From contig NC_092673.1 of NCBI RefSeq assembly GCF_964355755.1, forward strand, positions 4,092,001-4,156,000: DNA of 64,000 nt. The letters run 5' to 3'. Below, piece after piece: positions 37,911 through 51,200 of the stretch (its first letter is position 1; each line of letters opens with the position of its first letter). This stretch comes from Antedon mediterranea. Taxonomy: Eukaryota > Animalia > Echinodermata. Under the pieces are notes generated by a model, which saw only the letters and a list, made by a program, of their open reading frames with translations, had not been told where the DNA came from and made no database searches. The position numbers were made by a program, and so were the translations under genes.

Positions 37911-39221
37911 TTAGCCTCCTACCGTACGTGTTAAAACAAAATGATATATGATGGGAGTTTCGCCTTTTTTCGACTGTTATGAATGTATGTTGGAAATAAT
38001 CTACACCCGTGTTCGATACTAAGAAATAAAAATGTGAATAAATAAATGTTTGTGACATCCCAAGGGTCCTGGATTTAAGAAATAAGTATCATACACAACC
38101 GCACGAGAGCGCCCCATATTCATACATAATGAAACTTGTTAGTTTGAAAAAGCATCCTGTTTTAATTGGCGATTTACCTGATGGAAATGGTTTAAATATT
38201 CGATAACGATTTTTTTTTCAATTATCGTATGATATTTTTCCCTTTCAACCTGGATGCGTTGGATTAGAATTATTACGGAAGTTGTTGAGCTTTTGTATCG
38301 GAACTCTCTAGTATATTTTCAGCTATATTCGGAAATGAAATCGCGTAAAGAATACCCGGATATGAAACCGCGCACTTTCCTTGATTAGTCTTTCTTGGTT
38401 TATCCAAATAAAGGCATTCTTATCCACCCATCCCATTCATCCTAAATCGCACTGTATCGGCGTAATAGCTCTTTTTTCGGAAAATGTTTGGTCTACCAGA
38501 TATAACATAAATACGAAAAAAAGTGAAACAAATAATTTTGGAAATAAAGGCGGAGCCCAGATTTATACGTCGCGTTTTTTAAAAATAAACTGAGCTATAT
38601 TTAGATAGATCGTAAGGTATATAGACCAATGTAAGAAAAAAGGGCCCCGGCCACTTGGACCTGAAGCATCAAGTACAATTCCCAGAAGGCTTATAACATG
38701 CTAATTGATTAAATTAATTGCGTCACATGGTGACATTTACTCACTGAAAATAAATAGGCCGCATGTATTTAATACACATGATGATGACTGGTCGATTTAG
38801 GTAAGGGATGAGTTATTATTTGTGCTTCAGTGGTTTGTTTTTGACATTCCAAGCTAATGGATTGTTGCATAGATGTGATATATCTTATTAATTATCTTTA
38901 TTATTTAATATTCAATTTAATACTTGTAATGTAACATTGCAGATAGGGTATGTGCTTCAATTCCCGAAAAGTATATACCAATACGTACGCGACGAATGAA
39001 CGTTAGATTGTATTTTGATTGGTTGATCGACCATTGATGACGTATACTCACACATTTTTCTATTTGGCGGAAACAAAAACGTAGGAAGGAAAAGACAACA
39101 AATGTGTGGTGTGACGGTGAAGTCACATGTAATGGCTTGGATTTTCAAAGAATATTCTATTTATTATTCCAGCACTTACTCTTTATGTTTAGGTTTACAG
39201 TAACATTGATATTATTTTACA

Positions 39222-39257
39222 ATGTTTTCATTGCGGAAGTGGTTACATCGACCGAAG
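39222..39257 (+). CDS. ZFYVE28: ZFYVE28 coding exon 1
   Basis: ATG...[12 protein letters not shown] then gtaaat donor. Confidence 0.9.
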
Positions 39258-42200
39258 GTAAATTAAAAGTACAGTTATATGTTTGATGATGCTAGGCTAG
39301 GCCTTAAATTAGCTCGGTCTCTAGGCTTTAGCGAGCTGATGGCGGTCTGTGGAGAGCTTCATTGCTCTCCAACGTGTAGGAAAACGGTATCGCGTTACTC
39401 CCACACACTTTGCAAAGTTGCAGGCAGTGGAATGACAACGTTTTATACTCTTCCATGCTATATCTAAGCATATGTTTACCTTTTTTTAGTAACCTTTCTC
39501 CTCGCCAACCCTAGGACCGGTATCCTACTTAATTTATTATTATTATGATTTATCATTTAAATTGATAAAATAGATAATAAATTGGTGTCTTGATTAAATA
39601 ACCCGGTGATATCTTCTTCTTCCCATTTAGCCTAGTGCAAACTTCAGACTTGACTATGTGAAGCGAGTGAGTTAGTTTTTTCGTAAAGACCAATTTGCAC
39701 AGTGGCTGTGTGTGACAGTGGCTGTGTTTGTGTGGACTAGTACACCGGGGTAACCCCCTACTCGTCTCGAAAGATGTACTAGGTTCTTTAAAGTGCACAT
39801 GAGCTATGTGTACACTGGACCTACGGTTTATAGTCCTTATCCGAGAAGACTCGTTCTACCACCAGAACCATGGAGCGAGTGAGCCTCGAACCCTTGCCGA
39901 TGTTATGGCTACGTAATTACGGTTCCACTGTCTTAACCGCTCGGCCACTCACTCGCTCTAAGAATATTGCCTAGGCTAGGTGCCCTTCCCGGTGCCCTTA
40001 CTAAACTGTTGGACACATGTTGGGATTACACAATATATTCAGTGAACTATTTCCTGATATATTCAATGATAATGATATTGACTGTTGTATAATATTGTAC
40101 TACTGTATGGATAATAATCATATTACAGGTTCACAGAGGATTGACTACCGCATGTTTTCTAATGCAATTCACAATAAATATCAATGGTAGGATAAAGTCT
40201 AAGAGGTGCCTGGTATACGACGATTGATTATTAAATTATGATATTAAATATGAACAATTTGAAATGAGTTGATTTTGTTATTTCATTCTTTAACTAGGCC
40301 TAAAAGATGACTGTTTTCTTTAAGGAAACTAGATTTTTATTGCGGAAATTGCAGTTCAGAAATCTTTAAAATTTGGATTTTTTTTTTTCAAAATAGGAAG
40401 TTTTGGCCTAAAATTAGACCGAAGCATCCCTGCACCTCTAAACATTCCTCATTCAAAATAAGTTGATACTAAAAAGACATGAATGAATTGTGGAAGTTCA
40501 TTTTTATGTGACCACTTTTGTTAATGTTATTGTCTACAAGGAAACAGACTGCAGTTGTACTGAATATTAGATATATGAGAATGAAACCATAACATTTACT
40601 ATAAAAGTGAACAAAAGATTTAATTGCATTGTATGAAGCTATGCAGTGTTGAAAGCACAGTCAGGCATCTCAGGAATGCAAACGGCCTTTGTACATGGTA
40701 TACATTTTTTCACCTTAGAAAATTTTTCTGCTATTTTTGTCACAATTACCAATACCTTAAAACATTTCAGGTAAACTGAAACAAAAATTTAGGTGTGTAA
40801 TAATATTTAATTTTGTACCCTGTATCAAATGTATACGTTTACGTATCAAATGTATACGTTTACTGACACCACTTCATTCAATTCTTTGGCAATGTTTTTG
40901 AATATTTTTGCCATATTATAGAGGAAAGAGTGTTGTTTTATAAATTGTTATTATAGCAATTATTTGATATTTATTTTGAATTCAAATAATATATTCTACT
41001 CAGTATATGGATGGCAAACAAGGTATACATTATTGTGGTGTAAAATGCACACACTTATAATGATATGGTTAAATTCAAAGGTCATTATACCACCAAAATC
41101 GCTGCAAAGGTCAATGCTGTTCACACAGTAGAAACACTACAGTGGCTAAGGGGCCATTGCTTATTGAGCAAGAGAGTAAATTGATAGAATACTATGTGTA
41201 TCTGTTTATGGTATTTTCTTGCTAATTTAAAAAGATCCCCAAATCAGAAAATATCATTTTAGAGTAAAAATTATGAGCTACATACTGTTCTTTTTTGGAT
41301 TTTTCAAAAAGAAAATACAGACCCGAAGTAATCATATCACCATCATATTTAGGCACATCACACTTTTTTTGTCAAACTAGCTTTCTACAGTACTGTAGAC
41401 AGAGCAATGTGATATCTAGAGGAATCTAATACAGAATACAAAAAACATTCTCATGATTACTCTACTTTTTTTTTCCAGAAAACTGATACGCAGTTACTAG
41501 CCAAGCTGTATTATGCAGATGATGAACTGAATGCAATTTCTATGGAATTGGACAGTTTTGACGGCAGAGAAGATCCTGAAAGATGTACTATCTTGGTCAA
41601 TCAGTTACGAAACTCACAGGATAAAGTTCTAGGTAAGTCATTCATGGACTTATTGTGGAGGATCCAGGATTTTGAAATATGGTAGAGGGGCCCAGGGCCT
41701 AAAAGTAGTGAAATGAAATTATTTTTCATTAAACTATAAATTGGCAAATTTCAATTTAGAAAAATGATATAAACATTAGATTTTAAATTTTGTAATGAAA
41801 TACTGTATGTGAATCCAGATATTTTATTGATTGGCTTTAAAAAATATTCTACTGCAGCATTGGTATTTATGAATGAAAACATAGACTAGACTAGAGTTAA
41901 ATTGATTACTGAGCCATGACACAGATTGGTACGAGAAACATGTGACTACATTCGTTTATTTTTTTTGTTTCCTGACGTTAAAGGTTAAAATCTGTTACAA
42001 TTATCTATCCAGAAAAATTTAAATGACATTAAAAAGATCACTGAGGAATATGTACTGTAGGATACTATGAATAATGATGATAAAAACATCAAATTTGACT
42101 TGCACAGTGCAAACATGTTGAATTACTGTACAGTGTGTTATTTTGGAATAAATTGAGTGGGTGGCATACGGTATCATAATTACCTAAAACAGCCATCTCT

Positions 42201-45200
42201 ACAGTATGAGCATCTATAGTGTATGGAAGAGTACAATTTAAAACTTTTTACATTCCTTAAAAAAAATAATGCTTTTCTTGTATACATCAAAATAATTTAA
42301 TTTGCATTCAAAAGCAGAAAATAATTAAGGACCATTAGTATCAACATGAAGTTTTTTTTGCAACCATTTATTTTGCAGCCCTTCATTTCATCACTATATA
42401 AAAGAACTCGAAAATAAATGGTTGCTAAAAAATGGCTAAAAAAAAACCCTTCAAAATATAAATGGTTGCAAAATAAACAGCTGCAAAATAAATGGCTGCA
42501 AAATAAACGACTGCAAAATAAACGACTGCAAAATAAGACTGAAAAATAAACGACTGCAAAAATGACTGCAAAATAAACGACTACAAAATATTAAACGACT
42601 GCAAAATAAACGACTGCAAAATAAATGACTGCAAAATAAACGACTGCAAAATAAGACTGCAAAATAAACAACTGCAAAATATTTTATGACTGCAAAATAA
42701 ACGATTGCAAAATATTTTATGACTGCAAAATAAACGACTGCAAAATAAACGACTGCAAAAAATGACTGCAAAATAAACGACTGCTAAAAATGACTGCAAA
42801 ATAAACGACTGCAAAATAAACGACTGCAAAATAAACGACTGCAAAAAATGACTGCAAAATAAACGACTGCAAAATAAACGACTGCAAAAAAAACGACTGC
42901 AAAATAAATGGCTGCAAATAAAAACGGCTTCAAAATAAACAACGACGATGTTTTTATACTTGTCAGGAGCATAATGAGGCTCACTTTCTATAAAAAAAAT
43001 CTAAATGAATGATCATACTGTTTAGAATATCTGTTATTTTCAAGATGCTTGTTTTTTTAAGGACTACTTTATTACATTCAATCGATCTTGTCTTTTCACC
43101 TGCATTGATATGAATTAACATTAATCACTATTAATGTTGTTTTATACTCCTACGCCACAACATTACTTTGATGTATAGTACTGTGACTCTAATCAAAGTT
43201 GATTGATTGAATTTAAAAGTAGGGTGTTGGCTTGTTTATATTAAGTATACTTAAAATCTATGCCTCACAGAGGATAATTAAATTAACCTAATAAACTCAC
43301 AATATGAATATGATTTTTGTACAGTATATCTACCCTGTTTTATTTTTAAACATTTGTTGGTAATCTGTGACCTGACTGATGATATCCACCTGTTACAGTT
43401 GTTTCATTGACCTTTTGTGTTATCTTTAGGATTCCTATTAAATACATTTATTGTAATGTAATAATAGAATTAATTCTGATAATTAAATTTAATGTAAATA
43501 TTATGCAAATTATTAATAAATTTAAACAATGATAATTAAATTTAATGTAAATATTATGCAAATTATTAATAAATTTAAACAATGATGATGGAGGAATTTT
43601 ACAAAAAAAAAACAAAGGTACAGTTAAGGCGTCTGATATCTGTGAAATATAACAGATTGCTTTAAAGTGGAGCTACACTCAGACTTTCTCAGCTTATATT
43701 ATGTTTAAGTATGTTTAATTGAAAGTGATTACATTAAAAAAAACAGGAAAAATACGGAAATATTTTCCAAAAACTCATTTCTAAAATATCGGTCAGAAAA
43801 TAGTGTTTTTTAACAAATTACAGTTTTTCAGTAACTTAGGGGTTGTTAGTTTACAATACGTCGCGAAACGCGTTACACTTAGTGACTGACGCGTTTTAGT
43901 CGCCGGTTCAACGCATTGATGAAATGTCTCCCCTTTGGTAAATTATGTGTCGAAAAATGGGGAATAAATTTTATACACACAATTAATACGATTTGTTTAG
44001 GCCTAAGTAATATTTCCGATAAGAATGTCAGTATAATTTACATGTAACCTCATGATTTTCACTGTACAACAACAGCATAATAATCTTATCAGATTGCTTT
44101 TAACTTTAAGCTAGGGCTAGGCCTAGCTAAGCCGTATGCTCAGCCAAGCTAGCCTTAAATTTTTGTCTAGAGGCCTATGTATTCATAGGCATGGTCGTTT
44201 CGCCCCATTTATCGTTCTTGGGTTTTCTCGCACATTAAGAATTGTGAAACACAAAATCCTATACAGAACAAGAGTAGTAAAGAGTAGTAAAGCGATGTGC
44301 AAGCTTAGACCTGACTGAAAAGCAACTATTCAGGCACCCTATCATGGCCCATGGGTAGGCCAAGGTCGGGTGCCAGCAAAACAAACTTCACTGCTGTCAG
44401 CCTAGCCTAGCTAGAGGCCAAGCAGCAACGGTACATACCTACACTCTAGTAGGCCTAGGCCTAGCTTTATTGAATATATAGCCACGTCTTTCTCAAATCT
44501 CGTTAAATTTGACATTTTAGTAATAGTCTCATAATCACATTATTACACTGTGAAACATAATAGGGTCATATTCAGAATGTTTTAATATACTTTTCGCCCG
44601 TCAAAAATAACATCGCGACAAAATAACAGATCGCCAGCTGCAGTAGTGTGATTGTGAAAAATGTCACGTGATCGTACTCCCTAGCAAAATAAAAAACCCA
44701 ATTGGACCCGAACGGGGGAAAGTGTCTATTTACGCAAAATTGCGCAATGTATACGTGATAAAAATACCAGAAATAGAAAGATCTGGAAAAATTACATAAA
44801 TAGACATTTTACATTTTTTTTTGGTGAAGAAATGAATTTTTTAGGATTATTCCAATATACCCCCCTTTTGCATGTAAAAGAATAGGAAATTACAAGGTAT
44901 CCCCCCAAAACGCAAAAAGGCGTGATTTTCAAGAAAATCGTACTCATTTAAAAAAATTTCAAAAAAATATGAAGTATAAGGGATGATATTTTTAAATAAT
45001 AGTTGAAATGTATGAAAAATAGTAATTTTCTGGGTGGAGCTCCACTTTAACAGTTTTAAACTTTATATTTTATTTAACCATAAATTTAAATACTGTAATT
45101 ATTCAAATGTACGGATGCTATCAGTAGATATTATCATGCCATTTAAATTAAAATAATATTTTCAAGACTATAAAAGTGTTATCTCAAATTCATTGTTATC

Positions 45201-48200
45201 ATACTAAAGCTCTACACTATCTTTATATTATATTATTATTATATTATAATATCTTATATTATATTGTCTACACTATCAAACTAGTTTGACCAAACAAGTG
45301 TGATGATAGTGATATGTCATCATCATGTCCATATATGGGCATATCACATTTTTTGTCACAGTTTGATAGAGCTTTATACAAAAGTTAACAACCAGAGCAA
45401 CAGATTTCATTCTCCCCTTTTTCTCTAAACTCTAAATTCCCTAAATGTAATCATAATAATAATGCACAGCCTTGCTTACTATGAACTGCAACAATATGGT
45501 AGTATAACCGGATGATGTATTACATCATTAAATTGTCTATTAAATTGTCAGATATAGAAGGTCATGATTATGTCAAAAAATGAATAACTGTAAAAAAAAT
45601 GTTAATAATGTCATGGAACAGTAGGGCTTGATGTACAGGTTATACTTGTCTGGCATACTGCACATCTCTTCGTGTACATGAATTCTGTAATGTGATTGGT
45701 CACTATGTACGCGAGATAATTCCGTATTACAAATCAAATGGATCGCACTGGTAATACTGTGTGAGCCAGTACCTGTTTTGCCCTAAAAAAATAATTTTAA
45801 AACATTGTTTTGTTGAATAGGCCATTTTATTATAATATTTTTTTTGGTCAATATTTTAGATTTATTAGTTAAATGTCTTGTTTAAAAATATTAAGTTTCA
45901 TTTTCAGGGTTATTTTTGGAGCACTACTGTACAATAAATCTCATCTAAACTTTAAGAATAGTATCATATATCCTGTCTTATTGTCCGGATATTGTCACAT
46001 AAAACAATGCACTACATTCAATCTAAAGTTTGTACAAAAGGTTTCGTTTTATCTTTGTGAGATTTAATAGACTAGTTTTATAGCATTATTTTAAATGTAA
46101 GATTTTATGCATCCAACATACAGTACACAGAATACAGTACATAACAAAAGACTTACAATAAGTGTCTGCCGTTGCATCGATGATTGATCACGTATCTGCA
46201 TGAAATCTTGTTAATTATTACAATCCTTAATGTTGATGTTTTAAGACGTGATGTTCTATTATTCATTTGAAACGACTAATATAACTGTCATTCTTTATTT
46301 TATTCATATCAACAGTATATATAAAAGAGAATAACTACATACAGATATACAATGCCAAGAAGAGACAATAGCAATATTAAAAAGTAGGCAACCGGTAAGG
46401 TATCGTAACTGTTAATAAAACTTATTAATAATGATATTAATAAATTATTGTAATAATAAGTACTTGGAAACTAGTTTAAATGCAGAGAGCGACAGATAAC
46501 TATTTAATATTTTGGCCCTTATTGAAGATTTTAATATATTTGATAGGTTATAAACTATTTACTAAAAAATATAACTTTAAAAAGGTTGGACGTTATCACG
46601 GAAACAAACAAAAATACAAATTAAGTACGATTACTGTACTTGGTATTTTGCCAAGTATTCATTAAATATTCATAAATTATAGGGATAAACTTATACTTTA
46701 TCAAAACATCAATAACTTTAATATAATAAAATGGATTCTTTTTTTATAGAATTGGGGTTAAGACAACCTTAGCACAGAACTAAACAAATAATTGTGATTT
46801 ATGTTTTAAGCTCTGTCTACAGTATGAAACTAATTTAACAGTAGACAAAAAAAAGTGTGATGTGCCCAAATATGGTAGTGATATGCCAAAATTTGGTAGT
46901 GATATGACATCATGTCTATATTGGCACATTACATTTTTTTGTCACATAAAGTTTGATAGTGTGGAAAGAGCTTTAGGAATGACTCATGTTGCACTAAACT
47001 TTTACCCATTTCCACACCTTAACACTCAATGTGCCTAAATAATTTGCTGGCAGGCATGTGTCTTTGAATCATATAATAATTCTTACTGTGTATAGCGCAA
47101 ACGCAAGCTCTCAATGCGCTGCACATTATTAACCCAGTCATTTTTTGGATCATACACGTATGGAAACATACTCCCATAGATAATGCAGCTAGTAATCAGT
47201 GCAAAGATGATGGCGGAGAGAGGCAAATGTCACGATCAGTAATCAAACGTCCAACACGCTGTGCCACACTCCCTCACTATAATCATAATTTTCATAGTTC
47301 TATCTACTTGTTTATTAATATTAGTGTAGGTTACATTGTCATTAAGTTTGTATACTGTAGTTGTCTACTATTTTAGGCATTATAGTATTTTAAAGTAAAT
47401 AATGAATTCAATAATTATTCAAATTGTAGATAATTTATTCTAAACACTAAAACTCAACAATTCAAAATATTATAATATAAACAATAACAATAATTTAAAT
47501 CGTATATTATATTTTTGTTAAACTGTTAGTGTTGAAACTGATTGTTTAGGATTTTATTTTGTCTCTTTAAAAATTGATTTTAGTGCCACTGCCAGTAGTA
47601 ATAAAATATTCTTCGATTTTATTTAAATTTTATGCAATATGATTGATAATGAGTATGTAATCATATGCTATTATTAAAATGACACTTTAAACACAGATTT
47701 GTTGAGAATAATAATATTGTATAATTTTTGTATATACTGTAAAAATGTTACCTAAAACATTATTCACATTAATACAACATTCCTTGTTGTTTACAGTTAT
47801 CCATCGGCAATATAGTACCAACAAAAATGATGTTTAACCCCAAAAATAAGTAGTTACCAAAAACAATTTTTTTTAAACGAACATACCAACTTGTACACCA
47901 CATGATGCAATCAATTTTATGTTCAAAAAGGTTTGCTATGTTTTTTGAAGGTTTGCAGGGTTTTGCAATACCCTACAGTTACACCTCACATTAGGGCAGC
48001 AGACTAACAGGTATAAAATGTTTATAATATAATTTTATTTTATAGTCTGGAATTCATTAACTAATTATGATGTGTTTTTTTTCTACAATAGGTTTGATTG
48101 AAAATATAATGGAGTGTGCAATTCCAAATGATCGAGCGAATCGTGACTTTCGTGCTAAGTTTCCTGACGACGTACTCCAAGACAGTCTTGCCGGTCAACT

Positions 48201-51200
48201 GTGGTTTGGAGCTGAGGTAAGGGTCAAGAATAAAGTATAGTATGGTATATTAAAAACATAATTTTTATTGGTCACCCATGCCAAGGGGACTTGGAGCTAA
48301 AGTGGTCTAATCAAGGATCTGGTGGTACCTGTAAGATCGTATTTCTAGACCAGTTATTACAAATATTACAAATCAGAAGGAACGTCATTGCACAATGCAT
48401 GATGGGTTTGAAAGCAATAGCGCCACCGTATATTAAAAACTTTATATACTGGTGGTGGCGCTATTGCTCCCAATTCCGTCCCATCATGCATCGCTCACGC
48501 TATTTTCGATAAACCTTATTACTGCTGTATATTGTCCTACAGTAATACTGTATCTTGTCCTCTGATTTAAGATTATTTTGATAAAATCTCACGGTCAACA
48601 AATTTTGCACCAAATTTGCATAATTGTACTCAGACTTTACTAATGTTACTAGCATTTTGCCTTTCAAGTAGTAGAAATGGACTTGATATCGACCTGTTAA
48701 TAACTAGTGCGTTTTTATAATTTACAGTGTATAGTAAATTTGAAAAAAATGTAGGTCTATGGAACAGAAACTAGGACATTTAATGTTCAATTTATAGAAA
48801 ATTAAATAATGTATAATTAGTTTCAATGTAAAAATACATTTCAGTTTAATATACTGTATACTTTTTTTTTAAATCACTCAAGGTAATTGTCACATTTTCT
48901 TAAATTAAATAACATTTTTTTAAATAATTTGAAGGAAATTGGGTTATTAATGAATGCGTACATCTAGCATTGTTTATAATTAATGTATCTGAACGTTAGA
49001 CTACCTAGAAATAGACATGTATTCATTTTTCATTACTTTTCTATGTATATTTATCAAAACTGAAAGGAAATAGATAATCACATGTTGTCCATTGTCTAGC
49101 AGATATATTGCTACGTTGTACTATTGAAACTACACTGTACAATTATACAAAATGATTAATGATTTATGAAAACTGTACAAAATAAATTACATAATTTTTT
49201 CCAATGTCAATTTATGGAAACTAGCCAAAGTTTTATTAACAATTAATGATTTATGCAAGTGTACTATTTTTTTATGGTAAAACTATTATTAATGTTAGTA
49301 TAAGCAAAAAGTAATTTTTTTATTATTTATTTGATATTAAATTATTTTATAAACATACTACCAATTGATGCACTGATTATGTTTAAATAAATAAATAAAA
49401 CTGACTCCAAATAAAGAGAGGCAAGCCATGATTCAACCTTATTTTATGTGATTTATTTCTTTATTTGATCATCATCAAGAATGATGATCATGGGCGCGTG
49501 CCGTTACTGGGCTAGGCCTGCGCAAGCAGGGAAAGCCCGGACTAGCCCACGATGATTTTCTGATGATCAAATAAAGATTGAAATGTTAAATCATGGCTTG
49601 CCTCTCGTTATTTGGAGTCAGTTTTATACAATGTTATTTAAATATACTACATTAGCAGCAAATTAATGATTTATTAAACCTTCAACAAAGAGGCTTATAC
49701 TTGAAACCATACAGTAGATCAGTACCACTGTATAAAATGAACAATAAATTATTTTCAATTTCCTTGAGGATTAATGATACTTTGCGTTGATTCAATCCTA
49801 TAGATACTACTACACTAATGATATTAATACTACTTAAACAGATCACAGTAGAATAGCGGTTAACATACATTTATTTATGTCTTGATTCATCTTGTGCAGC
49901 TGCTGCTCAAACAAGATAGTGAGCTTGATTATTTAGATTCTCTTGCTAAAGTGGAATCGCTAGATACCGTAAACAAAGTGTCCCAAGAGCTGTCCTCGAA
50001 TAGGGTATTAAAACATAATATTAATATTATCAGATATTATTTAGTTTTCCAAGAACGTGTCCCCTTTAATAGATGCATCACAAAAGGGGTTTTACTGATA
50101 TAATATATTTCAGCATTATTGCCAGATTTCAGGATTGCTGGCAATCTGTCTAAAAGTTACCAATGCTACTGTATTGTAACCTATGAACATATTATTTGTG
50201 GTAGTAATCAATCACACAGAGTTGAAATGAGTCACTTGAAATCTAGCTATAAATACTTTATTGGGTTGTTCCAACATAACACAATATAAGTGATACTTCA
50301 ACCCACGAGGTCTCTCCATCTTCAACCCACAAGGTCTCTCCATCTTCAACCCACGAGGTCTCTCCATCTTCAACCCACAAGCTCTCTCCATCTTCAACCC
50401 ACGAGCTCTCTCCATCTTCAACCCACAAGGTCTCTCCATCTTAAACCCACGAGCTCTCTCCCTGAACCCCCTTTATAGAGTGACGTTAGACCCACTCATA
50501 CATTAGTAACAAAAAATGGAAAATAAATAAACAAAATGATAGTGTTAGTTTTTGTTCGTTTACGATTATATATTATTATAAATAAGTTAATTGGGCATTC
50601 ACTGAGATTTTTCTTAATTGGAAATAATAGCAAATTTAACTGCGTCCGTATGGAATATTTTATTTATTGATTAAATTTAAATAAAATCACCTTGATCTAT
50701 TAAAAAAAATAATCAGATCAGCCCTTAAAAGCTGTTTACAAATAAATGCTAGTAATATTGTCCAAATAGCCGTTAATAATTGATTCAGCGATGCGTCTAT
50801 TGCAATGAGAATAGCATTAAGCTGAATTAATTGAAAACAATCACATGCAGACGCTACTGCGCTTGATTCCTGTTACATTGGAAAGCTTTACTGTTAGACT
50901 TGGCATTAGTCAAAGAAAAATGCCGCTTTAAATTCACTACTTGAGTATTCACGTTCATTTGCCAGCTATTTTAAAATAGCACTTGAAATAATGTGCTTGC
51001 TGTGTTATGGTTCAAATCTGTAAGACTGCTATGTGTACTTATGTATTGTATGTAGTATTTACTGTGCTATTCTAGTATGCTTACCCTGGAATATAGAGTA
51101 ATTCCATCGTTTAATAATATTATTTTTGACCCGCTATACAAAATAAAATATTTAGGTTTGGGAGAGGTGGTTATACTAAGCCAGTACGATATTAATTAGA

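Noticed and set aside
38590-38640. Possible first coding exon of ZFYVE28 (RKVYRP + gtaag)
   Set aside because: Wrong phase and upstream stops; the real [12 protein letters not shown] exon is at 39222. It may still be a 5' UTR exon donor.
39870-39958. Genuine tRNA gene
   Set aside because: It has A/B boxes but no canonical cloverleaf or anticodon arm, and it continues directly into a SINE core and tail.
42451-42984. Repetitive ORFs (FILQS / FAVVY / FCSRL)
   Set aside because: Translations of the 15-bp satellite in several frames.
50212-50478. MERPCGLK / LQPTRSLH repeat ORFs
   Set aside because: Products of an intronic 24-bp minisatellite.
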